A stretch of 53,623 bases of DNA from positions 1 through 53,623 of the IMG/VR virus record IMGVR_UViG_3300044500_000026. One strand, 5' to 3'. The position numbers and the translations under genes are program-made. This document shows, one piece after another, positions 45,401 through 53,623 of this stretch (position 1 is the first letter of the stretch; each line of letters begins with the position of its first letter). The DNA is from a virus (Duplodnaviria > Caudoviricetes). The notes under the pieces are model-generated. The model did no database searches. It was not told the DNA's origin and saw only the letters and a list, made by a program, of their open reading frames with translations.

Positions 45401-46368
45401 AGTGGGTCATAGAAGAGTTCTCCTGGCTGCATGAGGACTGTGTGCATAAGCGCAGGAAGATCTTCTTGAATGAATCCTCGCGTAGGGCCACCAGGCAGAA
45501 GCATGGTCTTGGAGATGAGCGGCACCTTCACCAGGTGTGGCTCACTCTTCTCTGGTAGCTGAGAGGCGATAGGCTCTGTGGCCCTTACCCATCCCCGCTG
45601 TCCTGCATCCAGCATCGTGACTGCGACTTCGCCCAAGGTAACTTCCGTAGGGTCCTTTCTCAGATCCTTGGCAATCGAGAACACGGACTCCTGCATTAGA
45701 GGATCCAAGATAGGGTTGCCGAGCGCTGGGCGAGAGTTCTCATAGATCATCTCAGCAATCGACATGAACTGTGGGCCTTCAGCCAACCCATACTGGATCT
45801 CAGCGAGCTTCTCTCGGAGCTTCGGTTCGAGCATGAGATCCGTCGAGTCATTCAAGAAGGCATACTTGGTCTTGAGATCTTCAATCCCTTGAGCCCGTTG
45901 AACAGGGTCTTCTAGATCACTCGTATTCTCTAAAGCCTGGATCGCACTGTGAACATTCATCTCATCGAAGATCGTCTTCCCCCGCTTCGCTCGTTGAGCA
46001 AACTGCTCAGGGTTCGACTCATGTTCTCCTGCGGTCCACGCCCGAAGAACATCTGCACCCACACCCAAAGCTTGCCCAGCAAGTCCTACAGCCCACCTAC
46101 CATTCTCAAACAAGTTCAAAATGCCACGGATCTCAGGTCGATGCTTTGCTCCCCTCAAGATCTGGAAGGGTTGAGGGACCGGATGCACCTTGGTGGTATC
46201 AAGGTCAGGCTGAGGAGGGGAAGCAACCTCACCCACCATGAGGTCATCGAAGGGAGAGAGCACGTTTTCCCCCTTCGGCCTCCCCTCCTCGAGAGTAGAG
46301 CTTCCTGCCTGAACGTCAGTAAAGCTTGGATTCTCTGAGAGAAGATCATCGAAAGGAAGCGTGCTCAA
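42493..46368 (-). CDS. Large internal virion / DNA ejection protein
   Basis: 1291 aa, mainly helical; last of three ejection-type genes after the tail genes. Confidence 0.6.
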   Translation of the reverse strand: MSTLPFDDLLSENPSFTDVQAGSSTLEEGRPKGENVLSPFDDLMVGEVASPPQPDLDTTKVHPVPQPFQILRGAKHRPEIRGILNLFENGRWAVGLAGQALGVGADVLRAWTAGEHESNPEQFAQRAKRGKTIFDEMNVHSAIQALENTSDLEDPVQRAQGIEDLKTKYAFLNDSTDLMLEPKLREKLAEIQYGLAEGPQFMSIAEMIYENSRPALGNPILDPLMQESVFSIAKDLRKDPTEVTLGEVAVTMLDAGQRGWVRATEPIASQLPEKSEPHLVKVPLISKTMLLPGGPTRGFIQEDLPALMHTVLMQPGELFYDPLFVAGESGVAAKLVNVGTKGAVRGVETLGRGASRAYEVMRTPRIKVKVATDVGEKIVESFTPHIAESQAAERALRGAPPTGNISSHLTSVSGIASDGVETSAQRALPTIREALMDVDNRVGGVVDDMQLKGSPEEMGRELKSLGRPKGASEKLDAFHPEGPVIRTAEPPLTVGPTPIASGFKQSKDINFFERFLSPRYVLYDDPADTISRGIYTAQRRSFFDSMHKANDHAKAFSGLNELLGKAGPRGQGGLSKRLMAALDASDKTEAQALAKLSGKEQLVATELRENFKTWLTDRQVVRGADEGLLSSMGKKLWPEEEFLIAERDGVLRRGAFPPELTDVPVMDNPVMRHLYPGMTPSDDIANSMRAISAGMIRQDVLKPAWREMAEAAKNLPPRKRQFTELWLKNLQGVPSKFSEVFDEMVHAVKADTKTPLYVSATTELSSAVLSGYYRGLLFGNMSTFFSNFFGQGFANQAATSGAFRTMGGLARHWKHAFDGTPKEVFSGGFEALFGKEVPKSNFGLKLRSQPGIKQFRDFWNDVMEPQLGMQGSEAINRSWSMHVGLAEALDQHNIRNGTKIMWKQALKGEGIDPKVRSDLMFEAMMHSDQVNHVWGVAGANPLVRHYFGQGALAHATQLLNWFPKQSEFLFGPAFRRGDMGILTNYILFTGWLSGLATKSWGINFESSAYFGSIPSAQGSGAPFPAGPSVDALWSLMSAVNEEVDGDPNQAKRHWEEVARHLETLAIPAVGAREKAEIFWRSLEHGGLYTPTHPFSQLFGIQNDRELMGFTGLTAAEQQGPVFGQAGGFDPNPENLDRNIINILRSETPARALGYPTVSDRQRRRIDTETRRLNRVWQSLMSDLVDEMLVEVQRHEGQPLDVAMKSPRMKELMEAAESQGLPIKAMFEDRILDQALPRLLRVFQDSKKLTKQQTYPYLYDAFPDYFDNPTMVWDKAHPKSVPQQDVFEDLMK

Positions 46369-47825
46369 TCAGTGAGCCCCAATGTGCTCTGTGCTGCTTG
46401 GAGAATGGCTGTTCTCTGATCGAGAGGTAATGCCTTGAGCTTGGCCATCAAGGTTGTGCTGTTCGTTACTCCCTTGAGATCGATCCCTGCAGCCGTCGCT
46501 GCTTGATAGAGCGCAGTCGTTTGAGAAGCAGCCTTTCCTGTGAGCCCCTCCGTAAGCTTGGGAGGAACAGGGATAGCTTTGGGCGTAAGAGCAGGAGCTA
46601 CCTGTGGAGGAGCGACAGGACCAGGGAAGGGAGCAACTGCAGGTGGTGCAGCAAAGGGTGAGCCTTGAGGAACGGGTCCCCCGAAGGTTGCAGGAGGAGC
46701 TTGGAAGGGAGCTGTGCCTGCTGGCAAAGGAGCTGCTATCCCCGCTGGGTTTCTCGCTCCTGCCTTCTGCCCCGGTAGGGCAATTGATCCTGTCTGCTGT
46801 GCTCGCTGCTTCGCTTGCCTATCAATTTCGTCTAGGATTCTTACGGACTCAGGAACGACATCCCCCACATCCTTCATGATCCCCGACTTGACGAGCTCCT
46901 TCGCCATGCTCCCAATGCGATCTGCCTCAGAGGGAGGAGTTGAGCCCGCTGAGATATGCATCGTGTTCTCATAGTTCGCCCGGCGTGCCTTATCCCCTTG
47001 GAAAAAGATGTCGGCAGCTTGGTCTACAGAGATTCCTCTTTCTTGGGCAAGCTTTTGGACATGCCCGTAGTCGCTGACTCCTTGGAGCTGGAGCTGCTTG
47101 GCAACGGTCTCAGTACTTCCACCTTCTTCTTTGGGCTTAGGTACAAGTTTGTCAAAGCGGAGGTAAAACTCAGGCCGCTTCTTGTCATAGAATCGATTCG
47201 CCGTCTCGGCGGTATTCTCGCGAAAGATTTCAGAAGCCAGGAAGTGCATGTCGTCTTCTTCTGGGACGGCGTCTGCGAATCCAAATTGTCCAATGGCTTC
47301 TCCTATCTCAGGGTCCAACTGCTTGAGCATGCCAAAGGCAGAGCTACGCTCCTCCTTCGTCAGCTTGGGATTCGACATCATCTCGCCGAAGCGATTGACG
47401 AGTTCCTTCGTGACGATCGATGCCTCCGCCGGGGTCTCCTGGAACTGGAGCCCTCCCAAGTCCACCCCGAGCTTCTGGAGGACCGCTTGCTTGGACCCAC
47501 CCGTGAGCTTGGGGAAGGCTTCCTGGAGGAAGGAGAGCTGGACCTGACGCCTGATCTTCTGCCTCTCCTCCTCCTGGCTCACAGCCTGCCGAGCAGGACC
47601 TCCCAGGGATCCGAGGAAGCCAGCCAGCGCCCCTGAGCCGAACCCACCCTGGATCGCCGTAGGGAGGGCCTCCTGGGCCACGTTCGAGACGTTGAGTAGT
47701 CCAGCTCCAAGCCCCTGCTTCAAGCCCCGTGGCTGGCCTCCCTGGCCCTGTAGCTGCAAGGCTAGGCCCGAGAGTCCCCCCGGATCCTCACTCGGCATCA
47801 AGAAGTCTAGGAGAGAGGTAGACAT
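46365..47825 (-). CDS. Internal virion / ejection protein
   Basis: Start likely ATG 47825; Gly-rich hydrophobic N-terminal segment, helical core, Pro/Ala-rich tail. Confidence 0.55.
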   Translation of the reverse strand: MSTSLLDFLMPSEDPGGLSGLALQLQGQGGQPRGLKQGLGAGLLNVSNVAQEALPTAIQGGFGSGALAGFLGSLGGPARQAVSQEEERQKIRRQVQLSFLQEAFPKLTGGSKQAVLQKLGVDLGGLQFQETPAEASIVTKELVNRFGEMMSNPKLTKEERSSAFGMLKQLDPEIGEAIGQFGFADAVPEEDDMHFLASEIFRENTAETANRFYDKKRPEFYLRFDKLVPKPKEEGGSTETVAKQLQLQGVSDYGHVQKLAQERGISVDQAADIFFQGDKARRANYENTMHISAGSTPPSEADRIGSMAKELVKSGIMKDVGDVVPESVRILDEIDRQAKQRAQQTGSIALPGQKAGARNPAGIAAPLPAGTAPFQAPPATFGGPVPQGSPFAAPPAVAPFPGPVAPPQVAPALTPKAIPVPPKLTEGLTGKAASQTTALYQAATAAGIDLKGVTNSTTLMAKLKALPLDQRTAILQAAQSTLGLTD

Positions 47826-47829
47826 CTGT

Positions 47830-48612
47830 TTAGATCTCGTTCCCAAAGCCACCGTAGTAGGAGGCCATGGGGTTAGCCTGGCCCCCACTCGCAGCATAGG
47901 AGCTGTTGCCTGCCTGGCTCCCTGAGCCGAAGAGCCTACCCCCGACGGAGCCTCCGATAGAGGCCCCTACGGGGCCCAGGAAGGAGCCAAGAGCCATCCC
48001 TGCAATTCCACCCAAAGCTCGTCCCAAGCCACCACCCTGAGCATTCTGCTGGGCCCTGAAGCCACGCTCAGCTCTTGACTGTTCGATTGCTTGGGCGAGG
48101 TTGGCAAAGATGGATTGCCTCAGGTCTCCCTGCTGCCCCGCGAACTGTCCCCCGAGCCCCAGGCTCTGGAGCCCGAACTGGCCCTGGAACTGGCGCTCTC
48201 GGAAGGGGATATCGAGGAGCATCTGGCTCTCCAACCCTTGGGCATTAGCCAGGGCCGGTCCCATGATCTGGGGTACGGCTTGGGCTTGGAGAGCGGCGGA
48301 GATGGAACCCCGGCCAAGTCCTCTGCCCGTCGCTGCGTTCGCAGCTTGCAGAAGAGCGGCGTCGAGTGAGGGGCGGAGACCCTCGACCGGGGCGAAGGCT
48401 GCTTGGTGAGCGAGCTGTGCTTGCTCAGGAGTAGCAGACAGTGGTCCTGAGACACGCTGGCCCAGCTGCTGGCGCTCCTGCTGGAGTCCTTGGAGCATCT
48501 GCAAGAGCTGAGCAATGCCTGGTGCCTGACCCAGATCTCCCTGGGCCTGGTTCATGAAGTTGAGGAGGTTCTCCCGCCCTCCAATCGAGATCTGTTCGTT
48601 CAGGTTCGGCAT
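47830..48612 (-). CDS. DNA transfer (pilot-like) ejection protein
   Basis: Q/A/G-rich with a glycine zipper GGLGRALGGIAGMALGSFLGPVGASIGGSVGG. Confidence 0.6.
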   Translation of the reverse strand: MPNLNEQISIGGRENLLNFMNQAQGDLGQAPGIAQLLQMLQGLQQERQQLGQRVSGPLSATPEQAQLAHQAAFAPVEGLRPSLDAALLQAANAATGRGLGRGSISAALQAQAVPQIMGPALANAQGLESQMLLDIPFRERQFQGQFGLQSLGLGGQFAGQQGDLRQSIFANLAQAIEQSRAERGFRAQQNAQGGGLGRALGGIAGMALGSFLGPVGASIGGSVGGRLFGSGSQAGNSSYAASGGQANPMASYYGGFGNEI

Positions 48613-48621
48613 CCATGCCCC

Positions 48622-48981
48622 CTAGGTATTCGTTCCACCACCAAAGACGAAGAAGTAGAAGCTCACGGGAGCTGCTGGATTGGGATTCGTATAGGTCAAG
48701 AGAATAGAGGCATTGTTCGTCATGGTCGCTAACGGCACGAAGATCGCTGTCCGTGTACCACTCGTTGTCGCCACCCCAAGACCTCTGGCCGTCGTATTCG
48801 CTGGGGTTACAAGAATATGATTCGACGCTCGGATGATCTTTGACGTGAAGCTAGCATCCGTGATCACCGCCTGCTGAACTGTGCCCACACCTCCAGCCGT
48901 CGTGAAAGAGAACCTCCCATTCCAGACTCCAAGACCTGCTCCAGTCACTGGGCCGACGAGCACTCCATGTACGCTTGACAT
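48622..48981 (-). CDS. Small tail-associated protein
   Basis: 119 aa, beta-rich, after the tailspike; GGAGG RBS. Confidence 0.5.
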   Translation of the reverse strand: MSSVHGVLVGPVTGAGLGVWNGRFSFTTAGGVGTVQQAVITDASFTSKIIRASNHILVTPANTTARGLGVATTSGTRTAIFVPLATMTNNASILLTYTNPNPAAPVSFYFFVFGGGTNT

Positions 48982-48990
48982 CCGTCCTCC

Positions 48991-50535
48991 CTAGATCTGG
49001 TTGTGGCCCTGATCGAACGTACCGATCGTGCCCGTGACGTTAAGGCCCACCCCACCTCCTGTAGTGGAGCCCACTGTATCATTCCCTACGACGGTCGCTC
49101 GGGAGAACGTACCTGCCGCATTCGAGATATCGATCCCTACTGTAATAGCTGCTGCAGGAGTCGTACCATCCAGAGTCACAATATTCCCCAGGACTTGGGC
49201 TGCAGAGAGCGTACCCCCCACAGCACTCACTGTGATTCCAGCACTTGTAGCGGCACTCTGCCTCCCAAATCGACTGACCGTATTATCGTTCACGCGGAAG
49301 GACGGTACCGTGATGCCCGTCTGCGCTATCGCCGAGATTCCGAAGTGAGCACACTCACGAATGATGTTCTCCGAGATCTCGATGAAACCCTGAACAGCAC
49401 CGCTCGTAGCTTCAACCTTGACTCCATGCGCTAGGCTTCCACCAATCGTACCTGCCGTATTGTGAACCACGTTCCCATTGACCTTAGTGTAGGCGGCATT
49501 CAAGAGCGAAATCCCACCTCGTGCTGTCGTTCCCACCTGGAGAGTGTCACTTACCTGATTATCGCTGACCCCTACGAGGAATCCCTTCTCGACGTAGATT
49601 CCCTCAGCTGAGCAGTTGGTCACAGGATTAGAAGAGATCTCGATCCGTGAGCAGTCTACAGAGGCTGTTGCAGGTCCATGGATTACTGCTACGCCACGGT
49701 CTACGAGGGCTGCCCCAAGGCCGATGATCGGGTTCCCCGTGATCGTGATGTGCTTCAACCGAGCATTCCCCGAAGCTGGGGTCTCACAATGAATTCCTGC
49801 GCCTACCGAGGTTACGGTCGATTGGATGACGTTATTCCCTATGACCGTCACCCCCTGGCAGTTGGTAAGCCGTACTCCAGAGCGTCGAACATCCTCAAAG
49901 GTGTTCCCGAGGATATGGATCCCCTGAGGCACCGAAGCTTCGTCATCTCCAATGGCGATCCCATCGTTCGTATTGGCTGCTGCTTCTGCGCTTCCGCCCC
50001 AACGACGAACATAGTTGTTCTGAAACCTGAAGTTCGTGGAGGCTCCCTTAACTCGGACAGCAGGCATACCTGAGTTCGCTGAATTCGATTCCTGTTGCCC
50101 ATCGATCTGCAGATTCATGATCCCGCAGTTGGCTCGCACGTTGTAGAGAAGCATGGCGTCACCAGCTTCCGAGAAGGTCCCGGTCGCCCTTCGCAAGATC
50201 GAAGAAGGGCCTGCGCCCACCAGCCACACGTTATCTTTACTGATGATCACTGTGGCTGATATATCGATCGTTGTGTTAGGCGGTACAAAGAGGTACCCCC
50301 CAGAGGAAGGTAACGCCGCAATCGCTGCCGTGAGGCTCGAGTACTCGGCCACGTTCAGCACGTTCCAGAGGGTGCGGAGGTTCGTGACCGTGAAGAGGTC
50401 TGCGAAGTCGAGGTTTGCAGACAGTGGGCTCGAGAGCGTCCGGTTATTGATGTAGTTGACGATGTTGTTGAACTCGAGCTCGAGATCAGCAGAGGGCAGG
50501 ACTCCTGGGACGAAGCTAGTTTCGCGCGTAAGCAT
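48991..50535 (-). CDS. Tailspike with right-handed parallel beta-helix (pectate-lyase-like depolymerase)
   Basis: Attachment-like N-terminus (ELEFNNIVNYIN); AAIAALPSSGGYLFVP, LVGAGPSSIL, NLQIDG and many IxGN/NN ladder repeats. Confidence 0.85.
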   Translation of the reverse strand: MLTRETSFVPGVLPSADLELEFNNIVNYINNRTLSSPLSANLDFADLFTVTNLRTLWNVLNVAEYSSLTAAIAALPSSGGYLFVPPNTTIDISATVIISKDNVWLVGAGPSSILRRATGTFSEAGDAMLLYNVRANCGIMNLQIDGQQESNSANSGMPAVRVKGASTNFRFQNNYVRRWGGSAEAAANTNDGIAIGDDEASVPQGIHILGNTFEDVRRSGVRLTNCQGVTVIGNNVIQSTVTSVGAGIHCETPASGNARLKHITITGNPIIGLGAALVDRGVAVIHGPATASVDCSRIEISSNPVTNCSAEGIYVEKGFLVGVSDNQVSDTLQVGTTARGGISLLNAAYTKVNGNVVHNTAGTIGGSLAHGVKVEATSGAVQGFIEISENIIRECAHFGISAIAQTGITVPSFRVNDNTVSRFGRQSAATSAGITVSAVGGTLSAAQVLGNIVTLDGTTPAAAITVGIDISNAAGTFSRATVVGNDTVGSTTGGGVGLNVTGTIGTFDQGHNQI

Positions 50536-52151
50536 TAGAACTGAGCCTCCAAGTAGGCAGGCTGCCTCCCTGCGGGTTGGAGATCAACATCGATTGCCAG
50601 GATCTCCATGCAGTTCGATCCTTCCTGCGTTAAGGAAAGCTCGAAGATCTTTCCCTGATCTCCGATCGGTATGTACTCCGTGTAGACCTGCTGGCCATCC
50701 ACCATAAGGGACTCATCCAGGATGAAGCTCGAGTTGGCGACCGTGTCCCTCATCACGGCATCCCTCAGAGGATTGTTGTGCATCGTGAAGGAGGCGGTAG
50801 CATTCTGGTCGAAGGACCAGACTCCTCGAATCACACCCACCCCTGAGGGCACATGACGGATCGAGATCGCAATGATGTTGAAGGCTTCGTTCGGTACGCC
50901 GTAAGCCTCGGAGGTGATCCTCACCGTCTTGAGTTCAGGGTTGTAGTTCGTGACCGAGCGTAGGACTCCACGGGGGTAGAGGGCTTCTTGGAGGAAGGTG
51001 TCATCTACAGTAGCCCCAGGCTCTGTATCCGTATCTACCATAACCGCCATCGTTGTCTCTTTGAAGAACGCACTTGCTGAGAGATTGGCGTAAATCCCCA
51101 CCACCACGCTACCGAGTTCAGTCGCAGTCCATGCCAATCCTGTAAAAGGAGAGGTCTGCCGCATAGAAGCCTGATAGGTAAATGCCGTCCCCGTAATATC
51201 GTCATCCGTCATCTTCGTCACGAATCCAGCAGCTACAGTAAGATAATTAGCGGCTCCTGCCAGGAGCCTAACGTTCACGTTGTTGGCGTTCGTCCGTCGA
51301 TCCGTTGTGCAGAACATGACGCCGTTGATAATCGAGCTCACGCCAACAATCGTTGGATCCTCTAACGTAAAGGTCTGCCGACGAATCCCTATACCAGAGA
51401 GCTGGATAACAGACGTGTCCCCGTCATGAGGACGAAGGACTGCTTCCCAACGAGTAGCCGCTCCTACAAGACCCCAGGTGTCCGCCACCGCCCCATCGGC
51501 ATCCGGGTCCATGGAGACAACCCCGCCCGGAAGAGGGTAGTCAAGAGACGCTACAGCGGCTGCTGCTTCAATCGCTACGTCGTCCACAACGTAAGTGTAA
51601 GACCCGCCATTCGCTGTCTTCCCGAAGCGAAGCGTACCCACGGTTCCATTCGAAGTGGGTGTCACCCCTGAGACCTCTGTGACCCCATCAATCCTGAGAC
51701 TTACTGTGCCTGTAGAAGCCGAGTCATAGATGCAATCGATCTTGTACCAGGTATTGAGGGCAAGGACTGTGGTACCTGCAGTGCCATCTACCGTCAGGAC
51801 CCCTGTCGTGCTCATCGAGACTACATGCCGTGGGGTGAACCCTGGGGTCTTCGTATCCAAGGCCCAGACAATCGTGCCGTTGGCGGAAGGATAGGACACA
51901 AGATAGATGTAGGCTCGATAGGAGCAGGCAGCAAAGAGTGTCGTTGTAGAAGTCGCCCCATCCGCCTCGAAAGAGACCGAGAGACGAAGGAAGGAAGCAC
52001 CGATTCCATCATTTAGAATCTGAATACCGTAGTCACCGGTGCGCTTAGTGGTCGTTTGAAATGTGATCCCAGAGCCCGTGATCACATCTCCATTGACCGA
52101 GAGAACGACCCCAAGCTCTCCGCCCTCAAGTCTTTTAAGCGCATGTGCCAT
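50535..52151 (-). CDS. LamG-like virion protein whose C-terminus resembles a nozzle C-terminal domain
   Basis: NTWYKID...SLRIDG...VVDDVAI lectin-like domain; about the last 155 aa (AYGVPNEAF...WSFD...IGDQGKIFELSL...EILAIDVDLQPAGR) resemble nozzle C-termini. Confidence 0.6.
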   Translation of the reverse strand: MAHALKRLEGGELGVVLSVNGDVITGSGITFQTTTKRTGDYGIQILNDGIGASFLRLSVSFEADGATSTTTLFAACSYRAYIYLVSYPSANGTIVWALDTKTPGFTPRHVVSMSTTGVLTVDGTAGTTVLALNTWYKIDCIYDSASTGTVSLRIDGVTEVSGVTPTSNGTVGTLRFGKTANGGSYTYVVDDVAIEAAAAVASLDYPLPGGVVSMDPDADGAVADTWGLVGAATRWEAVLRPHDGDTSVIQLSGIGIRRQTFTLEDPTIVGVSSIINGVMFCTTDRRTNANNVNVRLLAGAANYLTVAAGFVTKMTDDDITGTAFTYQASMRQTSPFTGLAWTATELGSVVVGIYANLSASAFFKETTMAVMVDTDTEPGATVDDTFLQEALYPRGVLRSVTNYNPELKTVRITSEAYGVPNEAFNIIAISIRHVPSGVGVIRGVWSFDQNATASFTMHNNPLRDAVMRDTVANSSFILDESLMVDGQQVYTEYIPIGDQGKIFELSLTQEGSNCMEILAIDVDLQPAGRQPAYLEAQF

Positions 52152-53623
52152 TACGTCACCGGCCAGCCGTTAGCAGCCAAGATCGCAGCAGCTTCAGTGT
52201 AGGCAATCTCTCGATTGATGATGCCTGCTGCCGAGCCGTCATCCGTAAACGAGATCCAGCCTCCGTTCTCCTGCCAGTGGGTCAACGCCTCGGGCACCCC
52301 GATCGTGGAGTTAGCTGCTGCTGAGCAGATGATCGAGAGTAGGTTCCGCGTATCTCCAATATAGTGTGCCTTCGCTGTCGTCCAGGGGACTCCTCCGGGA
52401 TCCGGTCCACCATCGATGTTGTTGTTCCATGCGTTTTCGAGCATCCAAGGCTTCGGGATCACGTCTCCGAGGATCGTCCGATGCTCACCATTTTTCAGGG
52501 CGTAGCGGGGTCCAAGAGCTACAGCAATCTCTGCATAGAACTCCATGAGCGCATCTCGATGTGTCGTCCAGACTCCTCCGCTGCCGAAGGCTGCAACCGT
52601 CCCTGCCGTGTTCAAGGCCGTAAGCTTCGGGCTTCCTTCCTGTGCGTTGCCATGCCCAGAGACATCCGTCAGCGTCTCTTCGATGAAGAAATCAGGGAAG
52701 TCGAGCCAGGACTGATCGAGAAAGATTCCCGAGGCAGGGATAGAGACCCCGCCTGGTGCATCCGCCATGGCAATCATCTGCCCGATGATCGATGCCCTCT
52801 CAGCTGGTGTGATGACTCCCCAAGGAATCATCTCTCGTCTCTGTCCATCAGGAGCCAAGTAAGCACTGAAGAGCGTTACTGTGTTAGCGACTCGCATCCG
52901 ACGATGAGAGACCGTGCTCAAGAACTGAATGTTATTTCTAAGATAGTTGAACCAAGAGGCAAGCGGCGGTGATGTCCCGCCAAAGAGGGTGGCCGAGAGT
53001 GGGTAGTCGAGAATCGTGTAATACCTCCACCAGCGCCTACCTGAAGTGACGATGGCTGCTAGTTCAGCAATCTGGAGTGGATCATCATATTGCATGTTAT
53101 AGACCACCCCATCGAAGTAGGGGAGGGACTCCCAGCCAAAGATCTCATTGTTCGCCATGTGCCGCATAATGAAGAGAGTCTGCTCTTCAGAGACTGCAAC
53201 CGAGGTACTAGCCGAAGCCAGGTGGACTGGGAAGTCATGCTGATAGTGCTCGTCTTGCCGGTTGACGAAACCATCTATCCCACCTACGAAGGCTCTCCGC
53301 CGTCCATTCTCATCCGTGAACATGGAGGCTGAGCCTCCACGGATCTTCTTGACGGACCAGCGTCCAATAGGATGCAGCTCATCTCGGACTCCGTAGTGGA
53401 GGGCGAGGACTCGATTCGGCAGCACCCCTGTCGTATCGATGTCCACGCCTACCGAGACGAGCAGCTCATAGCGATCTAAGGGCTCATTGTTGATGCCCCA
53501 TGCAAAGCGTAGGTAGTCGGGGTTCACGGATTGATTCCAGATGTTCCGGATGTCATGCGAGAGGAAGGATTCCTCGTAGTCTCCGAACTTCTGGGTCGTG
53601 AGCAGCGAATGCACCCCGAAGGT
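52151..53623 (-). CDS. Tail nozzle protein, C-terminal part (continuation of 1451 to 1), fused to a glycoside-hydrolase-like TIM-barrel domain
   Basis: In frame with 1..1451 across the terminal overlap; propeller-type end (GRWS...AFVGGIDGFVNRQD) followed by a domain with ASGIFLD, ALKNG and WMLEN motifs. Confidence 0.7.
   Translation of the reverse strand, partial: TFGVHSLLTTQKFGDYEESFLSHDIRNIWNQSVNPDYLRFAWGINNEPLDRYELLVSVGVDIDTTGVLPNRVLALHYGVRDELHPIGRWSVKKIRGGSASMFTDENGRRRAFVGGIDGFVNRQDEHYQHDFPVHLASASTSVAVSEEQTLFIMRHMANNEIFGWESLPYFDGVVYNMQYDDPLQIAELAAIVTSGRRWWRYYTILDYPLSATLFGGTSPPLASWFNYLRNNIQFLSTVSHRRMRVANTVTLFSAYLAPDGQRREMIPWGVITPAERASIIGQMIAMADAPGGVSIPASGIFLDQSWLDFPDFFIEETLTDVSGHGNAQEGSPKLTALNTAGTVAAFGSGGVWTTHRDALMEFYAEIAVALGPRYALKNGEHRTILGDVIPKPWMLENAWNNNIDGGPDPGGVPWTTAKAHYIGDTRNLLSIICSAAANSTIGVPEALTHWQENGGWISFTDDGSAAGIINREIAYTEAAAILAANGWPVT
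53598..53623. repeat. Terminal direct repeat, copy 2
   Basis: Matches 1-26 with one mismatch. Confidence 0.9.

Noticed and set aside
42493-46368. Possible virion RNA polymerase or lytic transglycosylase in the 1291-aa protein
   Set aside because: I recognised no polymerase or lysozyme catalytic motifs; cannot be excluded without profile or structure searches
1-53623. Integrase/repressor module, tRNA genes, diversity-generating retroelement, stop-codon reassignment
   Set aside because: No recombinase or reverse transcriptase motifs and no cloverleaf seen; genes tile densely under the standard code with all three stop codons used

Overview
The window looks like a complete, circularly permuted genome (about 53.6 kb) of a tailed dsDNA bacteriophage with a short-tail (podovirus-like) gene set. 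The first and last 26 nt overlap with one synonymous mismatch, and one reading frame runs through the junction. Two arms diverge from a non-coding control region at about 22.6-23.5 kb. The minus-strand arm carries a C5-methyltransferase-like gene, terminase small and large subunits, portal, a glycosyltransferase/methyltransferase cassette, scaffold, cement, Mu-gpT-like major capsid, adaptor, nozzle, lectin-like and beta-helix tail proteins, three ejection-type proteins, GroES and holin-like genes. The plus-strand arm carries many small Cys-rich early genes, a frameshifted DUF932-like gene, TOPRIM primase, a UDG-PolA fusion, gp32-like SSB, Cas4/AddB-like exonuclease, DnaB-like helicase, DUF6378, a resolvase-like nuclease and an NlpC/P60 (TIGR02594-like) endolysin. 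I saw no integrase, RNA polymerase, tRNA, CRISPR array or reverse transcriptase. The best candidates for new biology are: (1) three glycosyltransferases plus three SAM methyltransferases, including an NDP-sugar C-methyltransferase, inside the head operon, suggesting virion decoration with methylated or branched glycans; (2) a tail-nozzle gene missed by the ORF track that carries lectin-like and glycosidase-like inserts and whose C-terminal domain seems to lie in the next gene; (3) tandem structured RNA candidates at 32.9-33.1 kb; (4) a perfect 23-bp hairpin inside a dense ACCCA/TGGGT cluster at the divergence point. All family assignments come from recognising motifs by eye; no searches were run.
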